Source: Exilispira sp.
GTDB lineage: Bacteria > Spirochaetota > JAAYUW01
DNA length: 56,124 bases
Reading direction: 5' to 3'
Assembly: GCA_012517545.1 (NCBI GenBank)
Contig: JAAYUW010000022.1
Span: forward strand, 1-56,124
In this document: positions 46,780-56,124 of the stretch, piece after piece
Numbering within the stretch: the first letter of the stretch is position 1
Layout: each line of letters opens with the position of its first letter
Translations under genes and position numbers: made by a program
The notes under the pieces: generated by a model
The model's database searches: none
What the model was told of the DNA's origin: nothing
What the model saw: only the letters and a program-made list of their open reading frames with translations

Positions 46780-48378
46780 TTAGAAATAAAGTTGAAAATA
46801 AGTATAAAATGATAATAATGGATAATTGATAAATGGTAAATATAAAGCCTTATCTGGACGAAGCTGAACTTCAGCAACAAATTTACTATCATTTTTTTCG
46901 TAAACATAAGTTGCATTTATAAAGTAACCAGGATTTGGTTGGCCTGCAATGTAAGAAATTATTTCGTAATTTAAACTGAACTCCAATAATGTTGTTTCAT
47001 TTAATCTGAAACCAATTAAAAGAGAAGATGATAGAAAAGTTTCATTTATCAATAAATTTTTAACTTGATTGATATAAGATGGATACTTTGCATATAATAA
47101 AAAATCCAAAAAGATAACAGTATTTAAATCCCATTTAATATCAAGATTACAAAGTAGACTATTAATTTTTTTGAGATTGTAGTAAATAAAAATAGCATTT
47201 GTACTATCAAAAGTCTTAACAGATGTGGAATAATAATAATAGTAATATAGATCAATGTTTATGCGTAGATCTTTGAATTTTGTTTTAAAGTAAATATTTG
47301 CCATAAAATGTGAATCTAAAAAAGCATCATCTAAATCTAAAAAGGTGGAGTAATAATCTTGTTTTATGTTATATTCAATTAACCTTTCTATCTTTATAAA
47401 AAGATCGAGATCACCAGTATTATAACCAATCTTAAACTGATATACAGCAGTATTGTTAAAAATATCATAACCACCTGTGATATCCAGTACAAAAGGTTCA
47501 AGATTATATTTTAAACCAAGCTGAAGATTTAAAAGATCTGAGTCGGCATGTGCCTGAGTAAGTATAAATCCCAGATCTATCTTTGAGCCAGTATTATAAA
47601 AGTAACTAATACTTAAGTTTTCAATAAAAGATTGGTAAAAAGAAGGTTCTGTTCCTAAAAATATCAATTTTGAGGAAAGAGCAAGGTTTGAACTACTTAC
47701 AAGTTTAAAATCCAGAGTTGAATATACACTTGAATAACTTGAAAGATTTGAAATAGCTGGAAGGTTGATAATATTGGAACTATAAATAAAATCAAGCATC
47801 CAATCACCATATTTCCTTTCATATTGAAAGAATTGGTCAAACTTGTGGAAAAAATAGAATGGAATCATAGATTCTGTAGTAAAATCAACCATACCCTGCA
47901 AAAAAGATGATGGATATGTCAAACAAAAATAAATTGAGCCTGAATATCCCGCCAAACTCAGATAAGATAATGTAATAAAATAATTATTTGTTTCATAGTT
48001 AAAAGTTTGGAATGTAAGAGAAACCTGTTCATATGAATCCAGAAAACTTTCTGTTAGTTCCATGATATCAAAATTAACCGGGATCTCTTCGATAGATTCC
48101 TCCAGTATCAAAAGCTCAGAAGAATCAACAGATATCGTGATATTTTCAATATAAACAGTTTCACTGTCCTGAGCAAAAACACCTGAAGAAAAAATCGAAA
48201 AAACAAAAATAAAAAAAGATAGAGCTAAAATTATTTGAAAAATTGGTTTAAAAATTAATTTTAAGTATTTTAAATGCATTATATTATTGAACAATATTGA
48301 TCTAGAAAAATATCTTAATTTAAAGAAAGTATTTATAGTAATATTGATTCTGGATACTCCTGTGTGAATAGATTCCAA
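46780..48378 (-). CDS. hypothetical outer-membrane beta-barrel protein
   Basis: The signal peptide starts at the internal ATG 48279 (MHLKYLKLIFKPIFQIILALSFFIFVFSIFSSGVFAQD). The rest is aromatic/Ser/Asn-rich with an alternating pattern and ends in the terminal ...YFQLYF signature. No family recognised. Confidence 0.55.
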   Translation of the reverse strand: MESIHTGVSRINITINTFFKLRYFSRSILFNNIMHLKYLKLIFKPIFQIILALSFFIFVFSIFSSGVFAQDSETVYIENITISVDSSELLILEESIEEIPVNFDIMELTESFLDSYEQVSLTFQTFNYETNNYFITLSYLSLAGYSGSIYFCLTYPSSFLQGMVDFTTESMIPFYFFHKFDQFFQYERKYGDWMLDFIYSSNIINLPAISNLSSYSSVYSTLDFKLVSSSNLALSSKLIFLGTEPSFYQSFIENLSISYFYNTGSKIDLGFILTQAHADSDLLNLQLGLKYNLEPFVLDITGGYDIFNNTAVYQFKIGYNTGDLDLFIKIERLIEYNIKQDYYSTFLDLDDAFLDSHFMANIYFKTKFKDLRINIDLYYYYYYSTSVKTFDSTNAIFIYYNLKKINSLLCNLDIKWDLNTVIFLDFLLYAKYPSYINQVKNLLINETFLSSSLLIGFRLNETTLLEFSLNYEIISYIAGQPNPGYFINATYVYEKNDSKFVAEVQLRPDKALYLPFINYPLLSFYTYFQLYF

Positions 48379-51155
48379 TAATTTTTCTCCTTTCCATTAC
48401 TTTTTTCTATAAGAACAAGCAAATAGTAAATAATCTCTTTCTGCTCTCTATCTGCAACCGTTAGCAAAGATTCAGCAATAGCCTTAGAATTTTTTGTATC
48501 ATTATTATCAAAAAGGGCAAATGAATAAAACAATCTACCCCAGAAAGCTGTTTCCTGATTTGATGATGTAACATATTTTTTACTTGAATCAGTTTGTTTT
48601 TTGATATCATTTTGATTCTGTAGATACTGAATAAAAATTTCAAAGTATTTATACTTATTCAATCTGGGATATTGATTTGCTATTTTATATATATAGTCTT
48701 TATCAATCTTCTGTTTTAAAAATAATTTGAGTAAAAGATAAAATGCACTTGAATCAAGATTGGTATCATTATAATTCAATAAAGGCTCAATTTGAGAAGA
48801 AAGATATTCATAATTTTTTAGCTTTGTGGCAAGTTCAATGAGTTGTAACTCTATCTCAACTTTTTTATCTTCATTTGCCTGTTCAAGTAAACTTTCATAA
48901 AGAGCAAAAGCCTCATCATTTTTTGCCAGTATTTTTAAAAGATATGCTTTCTGACTCAATATCTCAAGATTTAAAGACGGATTATCTTTTGTTTTATCAA
49001 GGACAAAATCTATAAAGTTTAGTGCCTCTTCATACTTGCCTTTTTTCTGGAATATTGTTATAAAAGGAAATATAAAATTTGAAAAATCTTTAATCTCTCC
49101 TTCGTTTAACTGATTGAAATACTGTGCAGCGGTTTCATCTTCAAGTTGAATAGCTACTGAAAAAAATACAAATAGTATATCTTTCTTTCTGTAAGAAAGA
49201 CTATCTGATAGGATAGACTTTATATTTTCATAAGCCTTATCATAATTTTTTTGATTGTAATATATCATTATTATCTGGATGTTTGAATCTATAACCTGTT
49301 TATTTGTCTCTGCAAATTTGCTTGCATACTTATATAAAATCATAGCATAGTCATATTTGTAATCAGTAAATGAATAATCCGCTAATTTCATTGCAAGTTG
49401 ATAAATTTCGGATTTATTTTCTTCACATGATACATACTCCTCGAAAATCGATAAAGATTTTGCCAGATCAAATCGCAAAAGAACTATTGAATAATGTCTC
49501 AAAAAAGCAAGTCGATATTTTCCATAAACCGGGGATTTATAAGCGAGTTCTATAGCTTTAAGAGATTTATTGTAATCGTGGATATTGTAATAAGAGACTG
49601 AAAGAAAATAATATACTTCCCCCAGAGATGGATAAGTGGGATACTTTAAGATTATTTGTTCAAAATAATATATTGCAGTTTTGTAGGATTGTTTTTTTAT
49701 TTCTATAGTTCCCAGATAAAGATAAGAATAGTAACCATAATATGCTTCAAGATTTTTTTCATATAAAACTTTTTCAAACAATTTTTGTGCAAATTCAAGA
49801 TTTCCAAGTTGTAAGTAACAATATGCATTAAAAAAAAGTATCCTGTAGTCCACTGGGTTTAAGGCAAGAGCCTTTGAAAAGTATGATAAACTTTTTTCGA
49901 TATTATTCTCTCTCAAATAAAACTTCCCAAGAATAAACAAAGTTGCACTGTTACGATTAATCTCATCAATATAAATACTATTTTCAAGATTTTTAATTTT
50001 TTCTCTCTGGTTAAAGTAAAGATATGAATTAAGAAGATACTCAAGAATGACCTTTCTCTGCTGCTCATTGAGCCTTTCAAGGTAAAAGATAGGAATATCC
50101 CCTTTTATTTTGATCATGTAAACTATACAATTGTATATTAGATCTTGATTATTTGAAATATCAAAACATTTTGAAAAATTTTTGTATGAACCATCATTAT
50201 CTTTTTCGTCAAATTGTATCTTTGCAAGATAATAGTATGCATAGTCTATTTTTTCGAAATTTGGGTATTTTGAAATAATTTCTTCAAAATAGATCTTATT
50301 CCCGGTAATTAAGCCAAGATAGTATATTGAACTGCTAAAATATTCAGATGTTTTGTAAAGATTGTATATAGAACTAAAGGCTCTTTTTGCATTTTTAAGG
50401 TCGTTTAATGCATAATAACTTTTTCCAAGATAATAAAGAGTATCATCTATCAAAGTGGAGTCAACATATTTGTATAAAAATTTTTCAAATTCAGCCACTG
50501 CATTTGAAAAGTCAGCAAGGTTATAATAAATTTTTCCAATTGTGAAAGAATAATATGGCTTAAAATTTTCATACTCACTTTCAAGACCAATCTTCAAATA
50601 CTTTAAGGCAAGATCATATTTTCCAACTTCGTTAAGAGCAAGACCAAAATAGTACAAAAATTTATCTTTCTCAATAAGATTGTCATAATCAGCACTAATC
50701 TCGTTGAAATAACTAACGGATTTTGCATAATTTTTTTCAAAAAAGTAAATCATGCCAAGATAGTATCCAACAGGATCATTGATAAATTTGAAATTAGAAG
50801 ATTTAATAGATTGAAGATAGATTTTCGCCTCATTGTATTCACTGAGAAAAAAATATGAAGTTCCAAGAACATAGTTTTTTAAATCTTTTTCTATGGTAAA
50901 ATCTTTTTCTAACTGAAAAATAACAGCACTATAAAACTTATGCTGGTAAAGTGCAGTCCAATCTGGAATACCATCAGTTTCCTTCGCAAAAATAGGGATT
51001 GATATGAAGAAAGAAGCTAAAACAAAAAATAAAGTAAACAGATTTACAAAATGTTTATTATTTTTCAGTTTGAAGTAATTTGCTTTCATCTGTCTCCATC
51101 TGATCGCAAGCCTTAATATTAAAAAGTAGACCCTCATCTTTGTTGTAAGATACAA
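48333..51155 (-). CDS. large TPR repeat protein with signal peptide
   Basis: More than 15 TPR-like units across ~900 aa. The likely start is the ATG at 51088 (MKANYFKL..., GGAG 4 nt upstream), still overlapping the clpC-like stop by about 30 nt. Confidence 0.7.
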   Translation of the reverse strand: MYLTTKMRVYFLILRLAIRWRQMKANYFKLKNNKHFVNLFTLFFVLASFFISIPIFAKETDGIPDWTALYQHKFYSAVIFQLEKDFTIEKDLKNYVLGTSYFFLSEYNEAKIYLQSIKSSNFKFINDPVGYYLGMIYFFEKNYAKSVSYFNEISADYDNLIEKDKFLYYFGLALNEVGKYDLALKYLKIGLESEYENFKPYYSFTIGKIYYNLADFSNAVAEFEKFLYKYVDSTLIDDTLYYLGKSYYALNDLKNAKRAFSSIYNLYKTSEYFSSSIYYLGLITGNKIYFEEIISKYPNFEKIDYAYYYLAKIQFDEKDNDGSYKNFSKCFDISNNQDLIYNCIVYMIKIKGDIPIFYLERLNEQQRKVILEYLLNSYLYFNQREKIKNLENSIYIDEINRNSATLFILGKFYLRENNIEKSLSYFSKALALNPVDYRILFFNAYCYLQLGNLEFAQKLFEKVLYEKNLEAYYGYYSYLYLGTIEIKKQSYKTAIYYFEQIILKYPTYPSLGEVYYFLSVSYYNIHDYNKSLKAIELAYKSPVYGKYRLAFLRHYSIVLLRFDLAKSLSIFEEYVSCEENKSEIYQLAMKLADYSFTDYKYDYAMILYKYASKFAETNKQVIDSNIQIIMIYYNQKNYDKAYENIKSILSDSLSYRKKDILFVFFSVAIQLEDETAAQYFNQLNEGEIKDFSNFIFPFITIFQKKGKYEEALNFIDFVLDKTKDNPSLNLEILSQKAYLLKILAKNDEAFALYESLLEQANEDKKVEIELQLIELATKLKNYEYLSSQIEPLLNYNDTNLDSSAFYLLLKLFLKQKIDKDYIYKIANQYPRLNKYKYFEIFIQYLQNQNDIKKQTDSSKKYVTSSNQETAFWGRLFYSFALFDNNDTKNSKAIAESLLTVADREQKEIIYYLLVLIEKSNGKEKNYWNLFTQEYPESILL

Positions 51156-53580
51156 ATATATTGTTTCCTTTTTTCACCTTCTGGTCTAAAATCATTTGAG
51201 CTATAGTGTCTTCTATTTCTTTTTGAATGAGCCTTCTTAGTGGTCTGGCTCCATATTTTTGATCAAAACCTTTTTCGATGAGATATTCTTTTGCAGATTG
51301 ATCTATCTGGATTGTCAGAGAATAGTTTGATAATGTTTCATTTACCTCAAGTATCATAAGATCAATTATCTGCAGAAGATGCTTTGATTCAAGTGGATGA
51401 AAAACTATTATCTCATCAAGCCTGTTTAAAAATTCTGGATTAAAAGTTTTTTGAACCTGAAACAAAACCTTTTTCTTAACATCTTCAAAATCAAGACTTT
51501 CGTGTCTTTCTATCTCAAACCCAGGAACTCGATATTGCAAAATATCCTTTGAGCCAATATTTGAAGTCATAATTATGACTGTGTTTTTAAAATCGACTTT
51601 ATTTCCAAAATTATCAACAAGTTCTCCTTCTTCGAGTATTTGAAGTAACATATTGAAAAAATCGATATGAGCCTTTTCTATTTCATCAAAAAGTATTATT
51701 GAGTATGGTTTTCGTCTTATCATCTCAGTAAGAATACCACCTTCCTCATATCCAACATAACCTGGAGGTGCACCAACTAGTCTGGAGATAGTATGTCTTT
51801 CCATAAAATCTGACATATCTATCCTTATCAGTGACTCTTTTGAACCAAAAAGAAACTCAGCCAATCTTCTTGCAACTTCAGTTTTACCTACACCGGTTGG
51901 TCCTAAAAATATAAATGAGCCAATAGGCTTTTTTGCTTTTTTAATCCCCAGTCTACCCCTTTTTATAGCTCTTGAAACAACTTTGATAGCTTCATCCTGT
52001 CCTATAATAACCTTAGAAAGTGTATCCTCCATCATTATCAACCTGTTAGCCTCTTGTTGCTTCATCTTTTCAATCTTGACCCCGGTCATTTTCGAGACAA
52101 CCTGATGCACTATCTCTTCATCAACCACAGCAACAATAGGTTGAACTTGAGATTTTTCCCAACTACCAAGCTGCTGCATATAAAATGAATAAAGTTCATT
52201 TATCTGCTTCTGTATTTCAGGCAGTTTGGAAAAATCATTCATCAAAAAGTAAGATTCTTTCTGTTTTATTAAAGATTCAATCTGCTTAGATGTTTGCATC
52301 AAAAGAGCTGGTGGCGTTCCATTTTCAAGATTTAATGAAGCTCCACATTCATCAAGAACATCTATCGCTTTATCTGGAAGATATCTACCGGAAATATATT
52401 TTTTTGATAATTCAACTATTTTGCTGAGAGCATTATCTTCATAAATGACATGATGATGAAGTTCATAGTTTAATTTGAGCCCTTTGAGTATTTCAACAGT
52501 TTCTTCTTCAGTTGGCTCATCAACAACTATTGGTTGAAGTCTTCTTTCAAGGGCTTTATCCTTTTCAATATGTTTTTTATAATCATCAAAAGTAGTTGCA
52601 CCTATTATTTGAATCTGTCCTCTAGCTAAAAAGGGTTTTAGTATATTTGAAGCATCGATGGCTCCTTCTGCTCCACCAGCACCAACGATAGTATGAATCT
52701 CATCTATGAAAAGTATAATGTTGTTTGCTTTTTCAATATCTTTAAGGATTTTGGTCAATCTATCTTCGAACTCACCCCTATACTTGGTCCCTGCAACTAT
52801 TATCCCCATATCCATCTTGAGTATTCGCTTATTTTTCAATTTATCGGGGACCTGCTGGGAAACTATATATTGAGCAAGACCTTCCACAATAGCTGTTTTA
52901 CCAACACCGGGGTATCCTATTAAAACAGGGTTATTTTTCATCCTTCTCAACAAAACCTGCATGAGCCTTTTTATTTCTTCCTCTCGACCAATTATTGGAT
53001 CAAGTTCTCCTTTCCATGCCAGCTCGGTAAAGTCCTTGCAAAACTTATCTGCAACTGGAGTTGGCATATTTGATTTTGGCTTAACTTTTATCTTTAGAAG
53101 AGGGTTATCACCAAATAACTCGAGAAGCTTCATTATATTCTGGAATGTTAGATTATAGTTTTGAAGTATCTTATCAAGTGCAGAATCACTTGTGTGAAGT
53201 TGCATAACAATAGCTAAAAGAAGATGTTCTACTTTTAAAATATTGTCATTCAGTTGAAGCATAATCTGCCTGGCATACTGCATATAAGTTTTCGTAGTAT
53301 TGGAAAATTCAATAGATGGGAAAATTGTAAGGTTGTTATTGATATTTTTAATCAAAAGATCAGTTATATCCTGTTCGAGAAGGAAAATATTATCTTTAAC
53401 GATAAATGAAATAATAAAATAAGAAATTCCAAGTTTTTCTCTTATAATACCAAGCAATAGATGACCTGGTTGTATACTCTGTGATTTCATCTCAAGTGCT
53501 ATATTTTTTGCAACTTCATCTATTAATTTTCTCAAATCTTCAGAATAATTATCTACATCTTTAATCATGATATTTCTCAC
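51058..53580 (-). CDS. clpC: class I Clp/Hsp100 AAA+ ATPase, ClpC-like (Clp_N repeats, two NBDs, short middle domain)
   Basis: Clp_N repeat N-terminus; NBD1 GYPGVGKTAIVEGLA / ILFIDEIHT; short linker; NBD2 GPTGVGKTEVARRLA / IILFDEIEKAH; GARPLRRLI sensor. Confidence 0.8.
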   Translation of the reverse strand: MRNIMIKDVDNYSEDLRKLIDEVAKNIALEMKSQSIQPGHLLLGIIREKLGISYFIISFIVKDNIFLLEQDITDLLIKNINNNLTIFPSIEFSNTTKTYMQYARQIMLQLNDNILKVEHLLLAIVMQLHTSDSALDKILQNYNLTFQNIMKLLELFGDNPLLKIKVKPKSNMPTPVADKFCKDFTELAWKGELDPIIGREEEIKRLMQVLLRRMKNNPVLIGYPGVGKTAIVEGLAQYIVSQQVPDKLKNKRILKMDMGIIVAGTKYRGEFEDRLTKILKDIEKANNIILFIDEIHTIVGAGGAEGAIDASNILKPFLARGQIQIIGATTFDDYKKHIEKDKALERRLQPIVVDEPTEEETVEILKGLKLNYELHHHVIYEDNALSKIVELSKKYISGRYLPDKAIDVLDECGASLNLENGTPPALLMQTSKQIESLIKQKESYFLMNDFSKLPEIQKQINELYSFYMQQLGSWEKSQVQPIVAVVDEEIVHQVVSKMTGVKIEKMKQQEANRLIMMEDTLSKVIIGQDEAIKVVSRAIKRGRLGIKKAKKPIGSFIFLGPTGVGKTEVARRLAEFLFGSKESLIRIDMSDFMERHTISRLVGAPPGYVGYEEGGILTEMIRRKPYSIILFDEIEKAHIDFFNMLLQILEEGELVDNFGNKVDFKNTVIIMTSNIGSKDILQYRVPGFEIERHESLDFEDVKKKVLFQVQKTFNPEFLNRLDEIIVFHPLESKHLLQIIDLMILEVNETLSNYSLTIQIDQSAKEYLIEKGFDQKYGARPLRRLIQKEIEDTIAQMILDQKVKKGNNIFVSYNKDEGLLFNIKACDQMETDESKLLQTEK

Positions 53581-53766
53581 TCTTCCTCAATATTGCTGGT
53601 CAATTTTTTATTGAAATAGAATTAATTATTTTCTTTATATATTGATTTTATTTATATAGATATCATATATATTACTATTATATTACTATTTTAGGTTTTT
53701 TTCCAAATAAAATAAGTTTTTCTTATTTATATATACAACAAAAATATAAGAAATTTTCAGTAAAAA

Positions 53767-54480
53767 TCAACTATTCAAATCAATTAAATGACAATCTTCA
53801 ATCTTATACCTTCTTGTACATCTGGCAGCAAGATCAACTTCATGTGTAACCAGTATCAAAGATAAGTTATTTGACTCCACTATTTTAAAGAGAAGTTGCG
53901 CTATGATATTCTTATGTTTTATGTCAAGATTTCCGGTAGGTTCATCTGCACAAATTAGTTTAGGACTATTTATTACTGCTCTTGCTATGGCTGCTCTTTG
54001 CTTCTCTCCACCAGATATTTCTGAAGGGAAATGTTTAAGCCTGTTTGTAAGACTCAAAATTTCGGAGATTTCCATAGCTTTAGCAACCGCATCTTTTCGT
54101 GGTAGACCAAGTTTTAAAGCTGGTAAAATGATATTTTCAAGAAGATTCAGCTCTTCTAAAAGATAAAATGATTGAAAAACATAACCGATGTTTTTGCATC
54201 TGAATTTTGCCATATCTGTTTCATCATAGTGAGTAATATCTTCATTCTGAAAAATTATTCGTCCAGAACTTGGAGAATCAAAACCACCTATAAGATTTAG
54301 TAGAGTAGTTTTACCCACTCCAGATATGCCCTGGATTGAGATTGTATCTCTTTCTCTAACTGAAAGATTGATATCTGCTAAAACCTCTATTTGTTCTGTT
54401 TTGTTTATATATTTTTTAGATAAATTTTCTAAAACAATAATCTCATCACTCATTATGAATAACCTCTTTGGGTTTGACAT
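53767..54480 (-). CDS. lolD: ABC transporter ATP-binding protein, LolD-like
   Basis: Walker A GISGVGKTTLLN, signature ISGGEKQRAAIARA and Walker B LICADEPTGNLD. Start overlaps the upstream permease gene. Confidence 0.75.
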   Translation of the reverse strand: MSNPKRLFIMSDEIIVLENLSKKYINKTEQIEVLADINLSVRERDTISIQGISGVGKTTLLNLIGGFDSPSSGRIIFQNEDITHYDETDMAKFRCKNIGYVFQSFYLLEELNLLENIILPALKLGLPRKDAVAKAMEISEILSLTNRLKHFPSEISGGEKQRAAIARAVINSPKLICADEPTGNLDIKHKNIIAQLLFKIVESNNLSLILVTHEVDLAARCTRRYKIEDCHLIDLNS

Positions 54481-55744
54481 TTGAAGCTCTATGTGCCGGT
54501 ATTAGAGAAGCGAAAAACACGAGCAAGAATGTGACTATATTGATAATAATGACTTCTTTAAAGTTGATTGAAACAGGAACCTTATCAAAGTAATATATAT
54601 CTCGAGAAAATATCTGAAATTCAGGTTGCATGGCTGTTGAGTTGAAAACATTTACAAAGAGATAAAGTATGCTTATGGCTCCGTTAACAATGTTCTCAAT
54701 AAAGGCAAATATCGCATCTAAATTTAAACTTATTATATAACCAAGCGATGTTCCAAGTAAAGTTCCTATAGTACCTATGATTATGCCATTGAAAATAAAG
54801 ATATTTTTAATATCCAGAGGAGTAAAACCTATGGCTTTAAGGATACCTATCTCCTTTTGTTTATTCATAACTGTCATTATTTGAGAAGACACTATATAAA
54901 ATGCAGAGACAAGGATTATCATAAAAACTATAAAAAACATCAATGTTTTCTCATTTTTCAATGCTGAGTAAGTGGTTCGATTGTAATCGTACCAGGTTGA
55001 AACCTGCAATTTACCAAAGGGAAGAATATCTTCAATAGAACTTTTAACCTTTTCAACATTAGCAAGTTTATCTACAATAATGCCTATGTAGCTGCATTTC
55101 CCTGGCATTGCAAGTAGTTGTTGAGCATTTTCAAGAGTAGTGTATAAAACACCTGAATCTATAGGATAAAATCCGGTTTTTATAAATGCTTTTATTGTAA
55201 AGAGCTTTATCTTTGGCTGAAATATAGAACTTGTAAAAACCGTAACAAGAAGTTTACTTGAAAGTCGAGTTCCATAGAGTATTGAAAACTGATCACCTGT
55301 TGCAATAAAATCCTCACTGTTAAGATGTTCTAAAGAACCATCAATAACAATAGCATTTTTTTTCAAAGTTTCAGAGGTAAAAAAGGATTTATCATAACCT
55401 CTAAGAAGTGCTCCTCGTGTTGAACCATTTGCATTGAAAAGAACAGCAGATTCTATATAAGGATAAACAGCCTCAACATGAGGAACACTCTTTATCTTAT
55501 CCATATATTCAAGATAATTTATGGGTTCTGAGCTAAAAGAACTAACTGAAAGATGAAAAGACTGCAACGAAATCACTTTTTGTTGCATATTTTCTTGAAA
55601 ACCATTCATAACTGAAATAACCGAGATTAGAGCTGCAACACCAAGGATTATACCAAGAATCGATATTATGGAAAAAAAAGAGAAAATCCCTTTGCCATTT
55701 CTCCCAGAAAGATATCTTTGAGCTATAAAAAAAGTTACTTTCAT
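54446..55744 (-). CDS. LolC/LolE family lipoprotein-releasing system permease (FtsX-like)
   Basis: N-terminus FIAQRYLSGRNGKGIFSFFSIISILGIILGVAALISVISVMNGFQ is typical of LolC/E. Has a large periplasmic loop and a C-terminal FtsX domain. Confidence 0.8.
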   Translation of the reverse strand: MKVTFFIAQRYLSGRNGKGIFSFFSIISILGIILGVAALISVISVMNGFQENMQQKVISLQSFHLSVSSFSSEPINYLEYMDKIKSVPHVEAVYPYIESAVLFNANGSTRGALLRGYDKSFFTSETLKKNAIVIDGSLEHLNSEDFIATGDQFSILYGTRLSSKLLVTVFTSSIFQPKIKLFTIKAFIKTGFYPIDSGVLYTTLENAQQLLAMPGKCSYIGIIVDKLANVEKVKSSIEDILPFGKLQVSTWYDYNRTTYSALKNEKTLMFFIVFMIILVSAFYIVSSQIMTVMNKQKEIGILKAIGFTPLDIKNIFIFNGIIIGTIGTLLGTSLGYIISLNLDAIFAFIENIVNGAISILYLFVNVFNSTAMQPEFQIFSRDIYYFDKVPVSINFKEVIIINIVTFLLVFFASLIPAHRASNVKPKEVIHNE

Positions 55745-55982
55745 CTTAATCCCATTAAAAGTTTCAGTGTAGATATATTTAACTTATTTGCATTTCATCA
55801 CTTATATATTTAGCATAGCTTGAAAAATCCATTTGTAAACTTTGAATTACAAAATTAAAAGATCAAAAAAATAATAACTTTCGCCTGGATCTGAATTGTT
55901 CAACTTTGATGCCTTGTGTATCAATAAGATTGTTACAAGTAAAATCTTAATGTAAATAAATATTTATAGGATAAGTTAATTA

Positions 55983-56110
55983 TGGTTCATCCGGCAAATT
56001 ATCTTCTAACTTTTCGTTAGTTTTCAAGACCTGGCCATACAAAGAAAAATTGCAAAGAGCCTATTTTCGATATTCGCTTCTTTGTTTTGGTTAAGTGACA
56101 AAAAGAAAAA
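55983..56110 (+). repeat. intergenic repeat copy B (paralogue of copy A, with a ~30-nt insertion)
   Basis: TGGTTCATCCGGCAAATTATCTTCT at 55983-56007, CTATTTTCGATATTCGCTTC at 56061-56080 and TTAAGTGACAAAAAGAAAAA at 56091-56110. The window ends at 56124, so the element may continue. Confidence 0.8.
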
Positions 56111-56124
56111 AGAAAAGCAAAAAA

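Noticed and set aside
53599-53605. GGTCAAT upstream of the clpC-like gene, considered as a CtsR operator.
   Set aside because: Only one heptad is present, whereas CtsR boxes are tandem GGTCAAA repeats. The organism is a diderm with no ctsR in view.

Overview
Visibly AT-rich bacterial chromosome segment from a diderm organism. It is almost entirely housekeeping genes with strong strand polarity. Genes run on + from 1 to 8.8 kb (tgt, traB-like, sua5/tsaC, yigZ, alr, LysM and TPR proteins). A short mixed block at 9.3-15.3 kb holds a racemase-like and GlmL-like pair, HIT, rlmN, EamA and FmdB. About 40 kb of minus-strand genes follow: CHASE2 adenylate cyclase, sigma54 activator, rpsA, panCB-folK-dapB-recA, a JAB-DinG helicase, lpxC-ruvX-lpxA-lpxD-skp-bamA, tonB/exbD, rnr, two CNNM genes, exbB, OMP + TPR, clpC-like and lolCDE-like genes. 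I found no tRNA or rRNA genes, CRISPR arrays, transposases, integrases or recognisable defence genes. The unexplained signal sits mainly in the intergenic DNA: (i) a 28-nt XerC/D dif-like site at 9147-9174, in the first convergent gap, suggesting the replication terminus; (ii) a GC-rich 180-bp element bounded by 15-bp inverted repeats, in the second convergent gap; (iii) a modular family of short intergenic repeats around a GTTCATCCG core and a GAAGAG-hairpin/ATTTT module, present at six or more loci and concentrated in the lpxD-lpxA spacer where fabZ usually lies; (iv) perfect tandem duplications and a 9-nt motif array around the racemase-like gene. The most unusual coding feature is a DinG/XPD-type Fe-S helicase with an intact N-terminal JAMM (HxHx7SxxD) metalloprotease domain. 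It lies directly downstream of a decayed locus that has an in-frame TGA at an expected Trp. All calls come from reading the sequence and translations; no database search was possible.
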